Source: Octopus sinensis (lineage: Eukaryota). From it: 21,756 bases of DNA. Within the stretch, counting starts at the first letter, position 1, and each line of letters begins with the position of its first letter. Of the stretch, positions 9,929-20,392 are shown piece by piece. Under the pieces are notes generated by a model, which had not been told where the DNA came from, ran no database searches, and worked only from the letters and a program-made list of their open reading frames with translations. Location of the stretch: assembly GCF_006345805.1 (NCBI RefSeq), contig NW_021823643.1:1-21756 (forward strand). Reading direction: 5' to 3'. Made by a program: the position numbers and the translations under genes.

Positions 9929-10080
9929 GTGGTTAGTGTTAGGAAGGGCATCCAGCTGTAGAAACCTTCCCAGATCAGATTGGAGTCTGGTGCAGCCTTC
10001 TGGTTTACCAGTCCTCAGTCAAACCATCAAACCCATGCCAGCATGGAAAGTGGACTTTAAACAACAACAATGATGATGAT
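9924..10080 (+). mobile_element. RTE-tailed SINE (family B), 5'-truncated
   Basis: ggagtggttagtgttaggaagggcatccagctgtagaaac...cccatgccagcatggaaagtggac...(tga)n. Confidence 0.85.
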
Positions 10081-10152
10081 ATATATTTATATATATGACA
10101 ATATATACACGTGTGTTTGTGTGTTTATATATCACCATTTCTTGCCCATGTT

Positions 10153-10195
<43 letters not shown>

Positions 10196-11027
10196 TACAT
10201 ACATATACACACACACACATATATTAATAAGGATGAAATGAATAGATTAAATGTACCAATTATTCCTTTGATACATGCTTGGATTTGCAGGATACCTGAT
10301 TCCAGTGAACTATAGATTTCAATGGTTAAATCACCTGGAATATTCAGAATAAACTGTCTAGACAAAATACACAGAGGTGCTTTGCCGTTGATTTGCCTTC
10401 ATCTAAATTAATTGATCTTCTTTTCTTTCTTTCATATATATATATATATATATATATATGGGAAATTAAGTTGTGATTAAATATATGCATATACACGCTG
10501 TGTAAGCAAATGTTTTTAAGTTGTATAATTAAAATATTGATTTTTTTTTTCCCCCTGCACAAACTTATATACATTATAAACACACCACACCCCCATCCAA
10601 GTTGTATATGCTTAGATAATATGCTAGCCACTTTTTCTGTCTCGTTTACTCTGATCTGTCTGTCTGACATTTTCATTACAATCCTTTACTATTTACCAAA
10701 CAATGTGTACAATTCTTTAAGAAACTAAAATGCAAACTTGCACCCAGAGACCCTCAAAATCTTTCAATATACATCTGTGTTTCTCTGTCTTTCAAGAACA
10801 CCTACCCCTGCACATCTCCTCGCTCCTATTCTTTGCTTCAATTTTACTGATATTTTAGTTTATTTTTATTCCATTTTTCCCCCAAATATTTTTTTTTTCT
10901 TTTGTTCCTTTATTGGTTGTTTCTGCTTACTTTCATTTTGCCAAATTTCCCTTTAATATTGCATAACCTCATTCACAGCAACAACATCTGCTCTGATAAG
11001 GTGCACACTGACACACCTACATTTTAT

Positions 11028-11059
<32 letters not shown>

Positions 11060-11075
11060 CACGCACGCGCACACA

Positions 11076-11959
11076 CACGGTGAATGAATTGTCGTCTAAA
11101 TTAAGTAAAAATGAAAATAACACTACACCTCATTTTAATGGATATCTTTACCAAAATTACATATCTTGAAATTCTAAAGGGTAAATTTATTCAATAAAAT
11201 CGCCATTGGCTTCAACCTTGGCCACAAATGATGTCAAAATCTCCTGCAACTCTTCTGGATGGTCACCTTGTTTAACTTGGTGAATGCTGCCATAATCCTT
11301 GCCTTCAGTTCATCTTTGGTGTTATAAGGAGTTTTCTTGGTCTCTCGCTCAACTGTGCCCCCACACATAGTAAAATCTGGGTTGCTGTCTGGGGAGTTAG
11401 GTGGCCAGATCTTAGGAGTGCTGTAGTTGCAGATATCATCTGACAATCATGACTGGCTTCTGCTTGTGTGGTATGGTGCAGAGTCCTGTTGCCAGACATA
11501 TAGGGTCTTTCAGCAGCCACCCTCTTGACTCAGGACAGCACTACCTCCTCCAGGCACAGGCCTCCGTTTTGAGCCTGAGGTGGTGTGGGAAGGTGAATGG
11601 AGGTATAATGTCACCATCCCTCTTGACTCAGGACAGCACTACCTCCTCCAGGCACTTGATGTAGGCCTCCGTTTTGAGCCTGAGGCGGTGTGGGAAGGTG
11701 AATGGAGGTATAATGTCACCATCCCTAGTGATCACTCCAAACAACATGATGTGCTTTCAGAGCATGTCGTCAGATTGACACCCAACACTCTGAAATGTTC
11801 GTATTGGAGCTTCTAGTAGAGTAAATTGCATCATGGTGCCGTTTTCCTCACAAATGGTGCCCAGTTGACCCTATACTGTGTAGTCAGCAAATAAAAAAAA
11901 CAAACAAACCATGCACGAAATTAAAAATGTAAAATGGCAACAATTTACTCTTCACACCC

Positions 11960-11961
<2 letters not shown>
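11076..11961 (-). mobile_element. Internally deleted Tc1/mariner-superfamily element (DD37D/maT-like transposase relic)
   Basis: The minus strand encodes YVWQQDSAPYHTSR...IWPPNSPDSNPD...VERETKKTPYNTKDELKARIMAAF...KVEANGDFIE* (stop at 11187-11189). The terminus cagggtgtgaagagtaaattgttgcc at 11961 has a degenerate counterpart near 11076, and both ends sit in CA/TA microsatellite. DD37D spacing is inferred by allowing two lost codons. Confidence 0.85.
11520..11725. repeat. About 100-bp tandem duplication inside the transposase relic
   Basis: ccctcttgactcaggacagcactacc...gtcaccat occurs at 11520-11617 and again from 11618; the first copy lacks ttgatgt. Confidence 0.9.
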
Positions 11962-12005
<44 letters not shown>

Positions 12006-12046
12006 TATATAATATGCATGATGATAATGTATGTGTACATAGAAAT

Positions 12047-12111
12047 TCTGCCGTAACAAATTCTGTGTGACCCATGCAAGCATGGAAATCTGGACATTAA
12101 ACCATGGTGAT
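12047..12111 (+). mobile_element. Degenerate RTE-type 3' tail (family B-related)
   Basis: acccatgcaagcatggaaatctggacattaaaccatggtgat. Confidence 0.6.
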
Positions 12112-12249
12112 AATACACACATGCCTGTCTACATATATACACATATGCATCCATACACACACACAGACACACCAGGGTTATATAACCCATTTCACTTGCT
12201 GATTATAAAAACATGTTTGTATGTGCATGTGTATACATACATTATCATC

Positions 12250-13310
12250 ATGGGCCATTTTTGCTTCCCAGAAAGATTGATGAATCTTCATACATGGTGA
12301 TGATAGTTCTTCTGTCAACACCATCATATCCCTTGGAGAAATTCACAATCATAAGCTTTGTGCTTGAAGAATCTGTGTATGATTCTTTGCAGGGCAAGGA
12401 TCTGTGATAGTGTTGATCTGCCTCTGAAGGAGCCGTTTTACTGATGGGATCAGTATCAGGAGAATTTCCATTATGGAGCATAGGGTTGTAGATCTTTGAG
12501 GCTAAAGGTGAGGGTGTAGTTCCTCTTTAGTTGTGAGGATCACCCTTCTTTGGCAGTGGAATATTTGAAGACTTCGAAGAGTTTTGTTACAGAAATCCTG
12601 GAGATAATTTCTAATAGACTTAGATTGATGTTTCTGCACTGCTTTCTTCAGATCCACTATGATCCTTATCTTTTCATTGTTTCTTCTTAGAGAATAATTC
12701 CAATGCTATTACTTCATAGGCATTGGTTGTCAGCAATGGCACTGCTGTTCTTCTTCTAAAGCCTGTCATGAACCTGTTGCACACTGCAACTGTAAACCTC
12801 TACGACTTTTCCCCAAATGGATTTATTCCATAGACTACCAGGTTAGAACTTTGTTCTTGTGGTAACTTAATTGGCTTTAACAAGAAACAATCTTCTGATC
12901 AGATTTGAAATGCTCAAACCCGTTGCAGGCACCCGAAGTTTTGACCCTATTATTTCACTCCTTTCTTGTTGAGATGTTGTTCAGTTGAAGAAGGCTACTC
13001 AGAGCTTAACTACATTTCTGAATCCTTGTATTAGTTGCAATAAAGTTGTATTGTTCCATGCAGTGTTTCTTGGGTTTGCCAATTCTACTGTTGTTTTTGT
13101 TGAACTGAAGAATAAATCTGTTGGCTGCATAGCCCCACTAATTAAATGAAGGGTGTGTATCAGTCTGTGCTAAATATGGTTCCACATGGAATAGCTCAAT
13201 ATCTACTTCTGGGAGTTAGCATTGTTGACTGTAGCAGCAGAGAACAATGGCTGCTTAGTTACACCCTGCAGGGTCACTCTCATGACCTACTCAGTACATT
13301 TTTCAATATT
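12250..13310 (-). mobile_element. Decayed RTE-like LINE (APE endonuclease plus RT N-terminal domains)
   Basis: The minus strand gives MEQYNFIATNTRIQK (about 13060-13015), FKSDQKIVSC (SDH-like motif, about 12910-12880), IPLPKKGDPHN*RGTTPSPLASKIYNPML (about 12565-12477), RGRSTLSQILAL (about 12425-12390) and IVNFSKGYDGVDR (FVDFSKAFDSVDR-like, about 12350-12310). It has multiple stops, frameshifts and deletions. Confidence 0.85.
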
Positions 13311-13311
13311 G

Positions 13312-13519
13312 ATCCAGTGGCACCTGTGTAGGTGGCACGAAAAAATTACCATTCGAGCATGGTCGATGCCATTACTGCCTGATTGGTCCCTGTGCCAGTA
13401 TCACGTAAAAAGCACCCACTACACTCTGTGTGGTTGGTGTTAGGAAGGGCATCCAGCTGTAGAAACTTTGCCAGGTCAGATTGAAGCCTGGTGCAGCCTC
13501 CTGGTTTGCCAGTCCTTAG
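13312..13519 (+). mobile_element. Family B SINE body, 3'-truncated
   Basis: cacgtaaaaagcacccactacactc...ggttggtgttaggaagggcatccagctgtagaaac...cctggtgcagcc, preceded by a ggtggcacgaaaaa repeat module. Confidence 0.8.
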
Positions 13520-13713
13520 CAGAAGAGGTTTGTGTTCTTGTGTTGGACATACTGACACAAAAGGGATCTCTTGTGTTGGACACATGTGAGTGCACTATCT
13601 TTGTTTATGTTGGGATTGTATGGTCCATGAGGATTTAGGAGCATCTTGTCATTCTTTAGGGAAACCAAAGTTGATTCAGAAAGTAGTCAGTTAGAACTAG
13701 CCCCTTACTTTTT

Positions 13714-14101
13714 GGCAGTGAGCTGGCAGAAACGTTAGCACACCGGGTGAAATGCGTAGCCATATTTTGTCTGCTGTTAGGTTCTGAGTTCAAATTCCGC
13801 CGAGGTCGACTTTGCCCTTCATCCTTTCGGGGTCAATTAAATAAGTACCAGTTACGCACTGGGGTCAATATAATCGACTTAATCCGTTTGTCTGTCCTTG
13901 TTTGTCCTCTCTGTGTTTAGCCCCTTGTGGGTAGTAAAGAAATAGGTATTTCTCCTGTCTTTATGTTCTGAGATCAAATTCTGCTGACTTTGCCTTTCAT
14001 CCCTTTGGAGGTCAATAAAATAAGTACCAGTTGCATACTGGGGTGGATCTAATCGACTGACCATCTCCCAAAAATTTTGAGTCTTGTGCCTAGAGTAGAA
14101 A
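13714..14101 (+). mobile_element. Nin/Deu-domain SINE (family C), dimeric, with about 21-bp TSD
   Basis: A-box-like gagctggcagaa, B box gagttcaaattcc and the domain gcc(c/t)ttcatcc...ggtcaa...aagtaccag occurring twice. TSD: agaactagccccttacttttt (13693-13713) versus agaactggcccccttacctttt (14102-14123). Confidence 0.9.
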
Positions 14102-14460
14102 AGAACTGGCCCCCTTACCTTTTCATGTCCATAACCCAATCAGCAAGATAGCAGCTCCTTTTTCTTCAGGTGTTCCCCTTGCAAGTCAGCAGTCACCATG
14201 TGGTCATAATTGATTAGTGGGACTTGCCTAATTATTTCCTGTTCCTTCTCAAGTTGGATGTTTAATTTGCAAGGTACAATACTGGGTCAGTGCTGCGAAA
14301 AACAGGATCCCCTTTTCTAATCTCTCTTTCCTCTTCCCTCCCTCCTATCCATCCGTATCAATGACATAGATAGACATGTGTGTGTATGTGTGTACATGTA
14401 AAGCAAAAGGGGATTGAATTTTCAGATGTTTATTCGTAATATTATGCTGAAATGAAATCC

Positions 14461-14510
<50 letters not shown>

Positions 14511-14824
14511 TATGTATATGTTTGTGCATATGCAAACACATACAATTATTTTACCATCATTAAAATAATTGATATTGCCCACAGGGGCACTCAAGCTCAA
14601 TAAGAAAATTATTTGAAAAACCCGAGAATTCTCTATTGACAGGGGCTGGCAAAACACACATACGCAGTATAATATAGTGAGTGCATTAGTATACATGGTG
14701 TATGTATCGTACATGTATAAGAATATCCATATCTATCTGAGCGTCTGCTAATACTTTGCATGTACCACGTTCTCGCGTTGTTGTTTTTTGGGGGGGTTAC
14801 TATATATATATATAATATATATAT

Positions 14825-14859
<35 letters not shown>

Positions 14860-14864
14860 GGCAT

Positions 14865-15233
14865 AGTAGCTTGCTTATGAACCACATGGTTCCGGGTTCA
14901 GTCCCACTGCGTTGCACCTTGGGCAAGTGTCTTCTACTATAGCTTCGGGTCGACCAAAGCCTTGTGAGTGGATTTGGTAGACGAAAACTGAAAGAAGCCC
15001 GTCGTATATATGTATACATATGTGTGTGTCTGTGTTTGTCCCCCCCCCCCCTAATATCACTTGACAACCGATACTGGTGTGTTTACGTCCCCGTAACTTA
15101 GCGGTTTGGCAAGAGAGACCGATAGAATAAGTACTAGGCTTACAAAGAATAAGTCCTGGGGGGCGATTTGCTCGACTAGAAGGCGGTGCTCCAGCATGGC
15201 CACAGTCAAATGACTGAAACGAGTAAAAGAATA
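14865..15233 (+). mobile_element. tRNA-headed SINE (family A), well preserved, slightly 5'-truncated
   Basis: agtagcttgc...ggttccgggttcagtcccactgcg...ccttgggcaagtgtcttc...aaagaagcccgtcg(microsatellite)...ccagcatggccacagtcaaatgactgaaac; CpGs are retained. Confidence 0.92.
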
Positions 15234-15339
15234 TACATAAATAAAATGTAGTATATATATTATATATATAAAGTAGTATATATAGAGTGCATATATATAT
15301 ATATTACACACACACCACACACACACACATATATATGTA

Positions 15340-15455
15340 ATGGTGTCAGCCTTTCTGGTGACGATGACGTTCGCCTGGGGCTAAATGCAACAGTAACACC
15401 CCCACCACCCTGCCCTGTCCCTAGCCATATTCAGATGGCTAATGTCCCTTATGAT
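15340..15455 (-). mobile_element. Probable 3' end of an RTE-like LINE
   Basis: The minus strand reads HLNMARDRAGWW, resembling the C-terminal AxDRxxWR motif of RTE ORFs. A short UTR and microsatellite follow. Confidence 0.5.
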
Positions 15456-15599
15456 ATATATACTTACATACATAATTATATATGTATACACACACACGCG
15501 CGCGTACGTTTCCCAGCATGGACACATCATATCCATCCATATACTACATCTAAGTGTCTTCAATGCACGACGCTTTATATGTTACCTTGAATTAAAGTT

Positions 15600-15990
15600 A
15601 TGAACTAGTTACAAATTACTGACATGAAATGGAAGCAGCGGAGTTCCCTCTCCACTTCGTCACTCCCGATCGTCCGTTTCGTTCGACGACCAATCTTTTC
15701 ATCTATCAATCCCATCTATTTAATCTTCTCTCTCTCTCTATCCTTTCCGAAATCAGCAGTGGAAGGAAATTTCGCTCATTTATTTATTTATTTATTTGTG
15801 ATATTTTTTGATTTTTTTTTTTTTTTTTTTGGTCTTATATTTTTTTCTTCCTTGGCAATATATATATCTGTTCTTCAAATAAAAACCCGCCGTTTATCTT
15901 ACCTCATTTTAATATGTTAATTATGTAGGCCTTCGAATCTGAAATGTAACGTTGCTTACTGATGTACTATTTATCTATATCGACGACTGT

Positions 15991-16027
<37 letters not shown>

Positions 16028-16240
16028 CAGCAGTAGCAGTAGGGAGGTGAGGACGAAAGAGAGAGAGAGAGAGACAGAGAGATGCTTTCCAATAAATATA
16101 TGTAATAAATAAATGGAATATGCTTTAATTTTCGTCATGCTTTTAAACATGTCAAAACAGCAGACATTTTGCAAGGTGCTTCTTTCCTCCCCTCCACCCC
16201 TCACTCTCTGCCCCCCCATACCCCCCTCTCCCTCTCTATT
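15600..16240 (-). promoter_or_regulatory. Candidate promoter or first-exon region
   Basis: Unique, locally CpG-rich sequence; minus-strand aaaATGAG|gtaaga (ATG at 15907-15905, GT at 15902-15901); a second donor atca|gtaagc at 15959; GA and GTA repeats and a G-run cluster upstream. There is no transcript evidence. Confidence 0.3.
15993..16082. repeat. (GTA)n/(GCA) and (GA)n microsatellites
   Basis: Direct reading; they produce the spurious poly-Leu ORF at 15971..16219. Confidence 0.95.
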
Positions 16241-16359
16241 ATATGTTTGCCTTCGTTCTCTGTTTATGTCTAATTAATTGTAGTGATGTCGATAAAATAT
16301 TTTTGTTTTTTTTTTTCTTCTCCTTTTCTCTTACCATCGTTGACGAAATACACGTACGT

Positions 16360-16421
16360 GTGTGCTTCTGTGTGTGTTGTTTGTGTATATGTGCGCGTAC
16401 ATGTATGTGTGTGTATGTATG

Positions 16422-16452
<31 letters not shown>

Positions 16453-17145
16453 ATATATATATATATTTGTGTATGTATAAATTTGTAAAAATATGTATAT
16501 TTATATTACTGTTTATAATAACGATTTAAGAGTGTATATATATATATATATATACATACACACACACACACACACACACTCTCTATATATTGATACACGC
16601 ATGTATGTGTATATATATATATATATATATGAATATATATATATTTATATATACACACACATACATGCGCACACATGCGTGTATCAATATCTTTATATAT
16701 ATATATATATATATGTGTATAACTTTTAAGGGTGTATATGTGTATGTATGACTATAAATATCTTTGCGTAAACGTATATATATATTATAAATATATGTAA
16801 AATTATGTATGTATATTCATATAACTGTGTATAACTTAAGATATATATATATATATGTGTGTTTGACTGTATAAATATGTTTACGTAAATATATGTACAT
16901 AATTGCATATATACATGTTAAGAGTATTGAGTTAGTGATTTAATTAACATTGTGTGTGGTATATATATATATATATATTATATATATAATATATATATAT
17001 ATATTATATATATATATACACGCCCACACATGTAAATAAATATACTCTTTAGATTTGTATTTGCGTCTTTTTTTTTTTGTATAAGTATTAATTTATATAT
17101 TTGTCTAGACACACACACACACACACACACACGTGTGTGTGTGTA
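16360..17145. repeat. Degenerate compound TA/CA/TG microsatellite field
   Basis: Direct reading of the sequence. Confidence 0.85.
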
Positions 17146-17517
17146 GCTGAGTGCGAAGTGTGTTTTAAACATTTCTCAGAAAAATCATATGCGTGAACAA
17201 TTAATTATACACCGCATTATTTGTTGTAAATGTACTTTCCATCCATTCGGGCAGACGCACTCGCGTTCACTTGCACCCGCTCAGGAGATACCAACATAGA
17301 GTATATCTTACCATACGCCTGTTTGTCGGTGTCTATTTGTCTATACCTATCAATCTTTAGCTATTTATATATCTATATATATATATATATAGGTGTGAAT
17401 GTATGCATATATATATGTGTATGTGTGTGTAGTTTTATTAAAACACCTTCAGATACAAATCTGTTCTTCAAGGTATAACTGTATATACACATATATAGAT
17501 AGGTGTATATATATTTA

Positions 17518-17822
17518 TTTCTGTTATTCATTTCAGTCTAATGACTGCGACCAGGCTGGAGTACCGCTTTGAAGAATTTTTAGTCGAATGAATCAACCTC
17601 ATTACGGGACGTATTGTATTAGTTTCTTATTGCTGAACCGCTAAGTCACCGGTTGTCAAGTAGTGGCAGAAGACGCGCAGGCGCTAGGCTTTTTCCGGGT
17701 TCCGCCTATGAAATCTACACAAGGCTTTAGGCACCCCGGGGCTAATAGGAGACACTTTCCCAAGGTACAGGGCAGTGAACTCAGTACCATGTGGTTGAGA
17801 AGCAAACTTAACCGCATGCGCA
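17518..17822 (-). mobile_element. Diverged family A SINE
   Basis: tttcagtctaatgactgcgaccaggctggag...cacaaggcttt...gacactttcccaaggt...accatgtggttgagaagcaa. Confidence 0.8.
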
Positions 17823-18797
17823 TATATATGTACATACACACACACACATGCACTTTACTACACAGAATGTTATAAACACTTTGCTAATGTAGTCATCGTT
17901 ATCGGCTTGGACTTTAGGTTCATATATATATATATATATATATATATAGAAAATGGTTATAATAACAATGGGACACTCGTGGTTTTCGCTGGTATGCTCT
18001 TTAATTACACTACAGAGAGAGAGAGAGAGAGAAATTAGTTAACGGATTCATTGGAATCTAGGCCCATCGACACGTAGGACGGCAGAAATGGCTAGGTACA
18101 ATAACATGAGTTCGTAGTGAGGTCAAGCAACCATGAAGGTATCATGTGTTGGTAAGGATGCTGTAGATATGTAAGTACCAAATCCAATTTAAACCGTACA
18201 TACGACTCTGGACTAGTTCTAGATGCGGCGTAGGTCCATTTGTGATCTGGTTTATACACACATATGCGGTGTCTAATTGAGACACGTTTGATCTCCCTGC
18301 TTCATCTATACTTTCTGCTGAGGAGCGTCGGCTCGAAGCGTTAAAAAATTTCAATTTACATGAGCAATAAACCTAACAGACTCATTTTTTTTCATTTTAT
18401 TTTTCTGTTTGTGTTTTTTAACACATATATTGGTTGTGTAGGTGTTTCTATTTTGTTTTTTCTACGAAGAAAAAAAATATTTTGCTTAACAAATTAAAAT
18501 CGTGTTCACACTGTGAACGAACTTCCATCTCTCTCTTTGTCACTAACGAGGAATTATTTTATTATAATAAATCATTCTGCTAAGACAATCACTACTGCTT
18601 ATTGTGATGTTATTACTAAATTTCAAACGAGTTCGATTATTGAGAAAATCGAAGTGCTTTCAGGTTAACAGTTGATATTACTGGTATAGTAGTGTGTGTG
18701 TGTGGATATATATATAGGTTTAGAAAAATGTTTTAAAATTTCATACGGGTGGCTAGCATGCTTGATAAAGTCAATAGACAACATATTTTCTTATATA

Positions 18798-18928
18798 ATA
18801 GTGTACAAACAATTTACGTATTTATACACGAAATAGGTTTAGGCTTTAACTGCTCTTTCTAGCATGTAAGGTGTCCTGTTAAAGGTCATGTCTTTCGTGT
18901 ATAAATACGTAAATTGTTTGTACACTAT
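18798..18928. mobile_element. 131-bp MITE-like element with perfect 36-bp inverted arms
   Basis: atagtgtacaaacaatttacgtatttatacacgaaa (18798-18833) is the exact reverse complement of 18893-18928; the flanks are TA-rich. Confidence 0.7.
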
Positions 18929-19278
18929 ATATATATGATTAAAGAAGAAATACGATGGTATTTCTTTCGATAATTTTAAAATTTGGTACAAAGTGACTAA
19001 CTGTCAAAGACAGTAACAGTCAGTCATATATCGATCTCAGTATCTGATTGTTGTTTTTATTTATTTTCATCATCGTTGGCAGCATTGGCTCGGGAACATG
19101 GGGGCGCAAGCGCACCCATTAAAATTTTTGTTGGGGTTAGTGAAACCGCTTTGAACCTCCTCCTGAAAAACTTCACCGTGAAAAGGAACGATCGTCCTGT
19201 TTTGTTATTTCATGTTGCTTTTATGTTAGCCCTTGTGGCCAATAAAAGAATAAACTATTATTATTATTATACTTTTAA

Positions 19279-19665
19279 GGTAGCGAGCTGGCAGAAACGT
19301 TAGCACGCCGCGCGAAATGCGTAGCCGTATTTCGTGTCGTTACGTTGTGAGTTCAAATTCCGCCGAGGTTGACTTTGCCTTTCATCCTTTCGGGGTCGAC
19401 TAATTAAGTACCAGTTACGCACTGGGATCGATGTAATCGACTTAATCCGTTTGGCTGTCCTTGTTTGTCCCCTCTATGTTTAGCCCCTTGTGGGTAATAA
19501 AGAAATAAGCATTTCGTCCATTTTTATGTTCTGAGTTCAAACTCCACCGGGGTCGATGAAATAAGCACCAGTTGAGTACTGGGTTCGATGTAATCGATCA
19601 ATCCCCACCACCCAAAAGAAAAAAAGAATTGCGCCCCTTATGACAAAATTTGGAATCATTATTAT
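19279..19665 (+). mobile_element. Nin/Deu-domain SINE (family C), dimeric
   Basis: ggtagcgagctggcagaaacgttagcacgccg...gagttcaaattccgccgagg...gcctttcatcctttcggggtcga; a second, internally deleted unit starts at about 19509. Confidence 0.9.
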
Positions 19666-19784
19666 CTGTGTTTGTTTTGATATTAAGACAGAAAAAAAAA
19701 TCGACGTTGCTGTAAAACAATTTTGGATTAGGGTTTGCACCCTCGAAGCTAATTTCGTCCACGAGCTTATATGGTTAGCAGGAC

Positions 19785-19875
19785 GAAAAGCCAAGACATC
19801 CGCGTTTAGGGATTTGAACTCAGAATGTTGAACGCTATGAAGTAATGCCGAACAATTTTATTCATTCAGGTACCC
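19785..19875 (-). mobile_element. Degenerate family C SINE fragment
   Basis: gatttgaactcagaatg is the reverse complement of the B-box segment cgttctgagttcaaat. Confidence 0.5.
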
Positions 19876-20217
19876 TGGCCCTTTCTGTCATCGCTCTCAT
19901 TAACAAGAAAAACAGTGAGAAAAATAATAATAATAATTTCTCCATCTGTCATTCCATTATCGACCTACAGCAGTTTGTTTATCCTGTATTATATATACTA
20001 TCACACTATCGTATGTCTTCACAGCGGGGCCTAGCAAACATGTTTAAAAGACGTCTTTCTATCTGTTTGTCAGTCTGTCTGTAATGATGTATGCGTGTAG
20101 AAATATGAAATGTAGTTATTGATTTCTTATATATATATATAAGTAGATTGGTTTTCATTTGAAATATTTAGTATCTATTTCCTCACATTCATCAATAGAC
20201 TTTTGATGCTCTTTTTT

Positions 20218-20239
20218 CTGTGTATGTGTATATATATAT

Positions 20240-20302
<63 letters not shown>
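20218..20302. repeat. (TA)n microsatellite
   Basis: Direct reading of the sequence. Confidence 0.95.
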
Positions 20303-20303
<1 letters not shown>

Positions 20304-20317
20304 ATCAAAAGATTGGA

Positions 20318-20392
20318 GTTGATTCGTTCGACGACAAAAATTCTTCAAGTCTGTGCCCCAGCTTGGCCGCAGTCTAATGACAAACAAATAGA
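20318..20392 (+). mobile_element. 3' fragment of family A SINE
   Basis: gttgattcgttcgac...ttcttcaag...gtgccccagcttggccgcagtctaatgac. Confidence 0.7.

Noticed and set aside
10290-10376. Possible exon ttgcag|gatacc...agag|gtgctt
   Set aside because: The donor is weak and all plus-strand frames contain stops.
15624-15920. 98-aa plus-strand ORF with a hydrophobic stretch
   Set aside because: The hydrophobicity comes from poly-T and (attt)n tracts.
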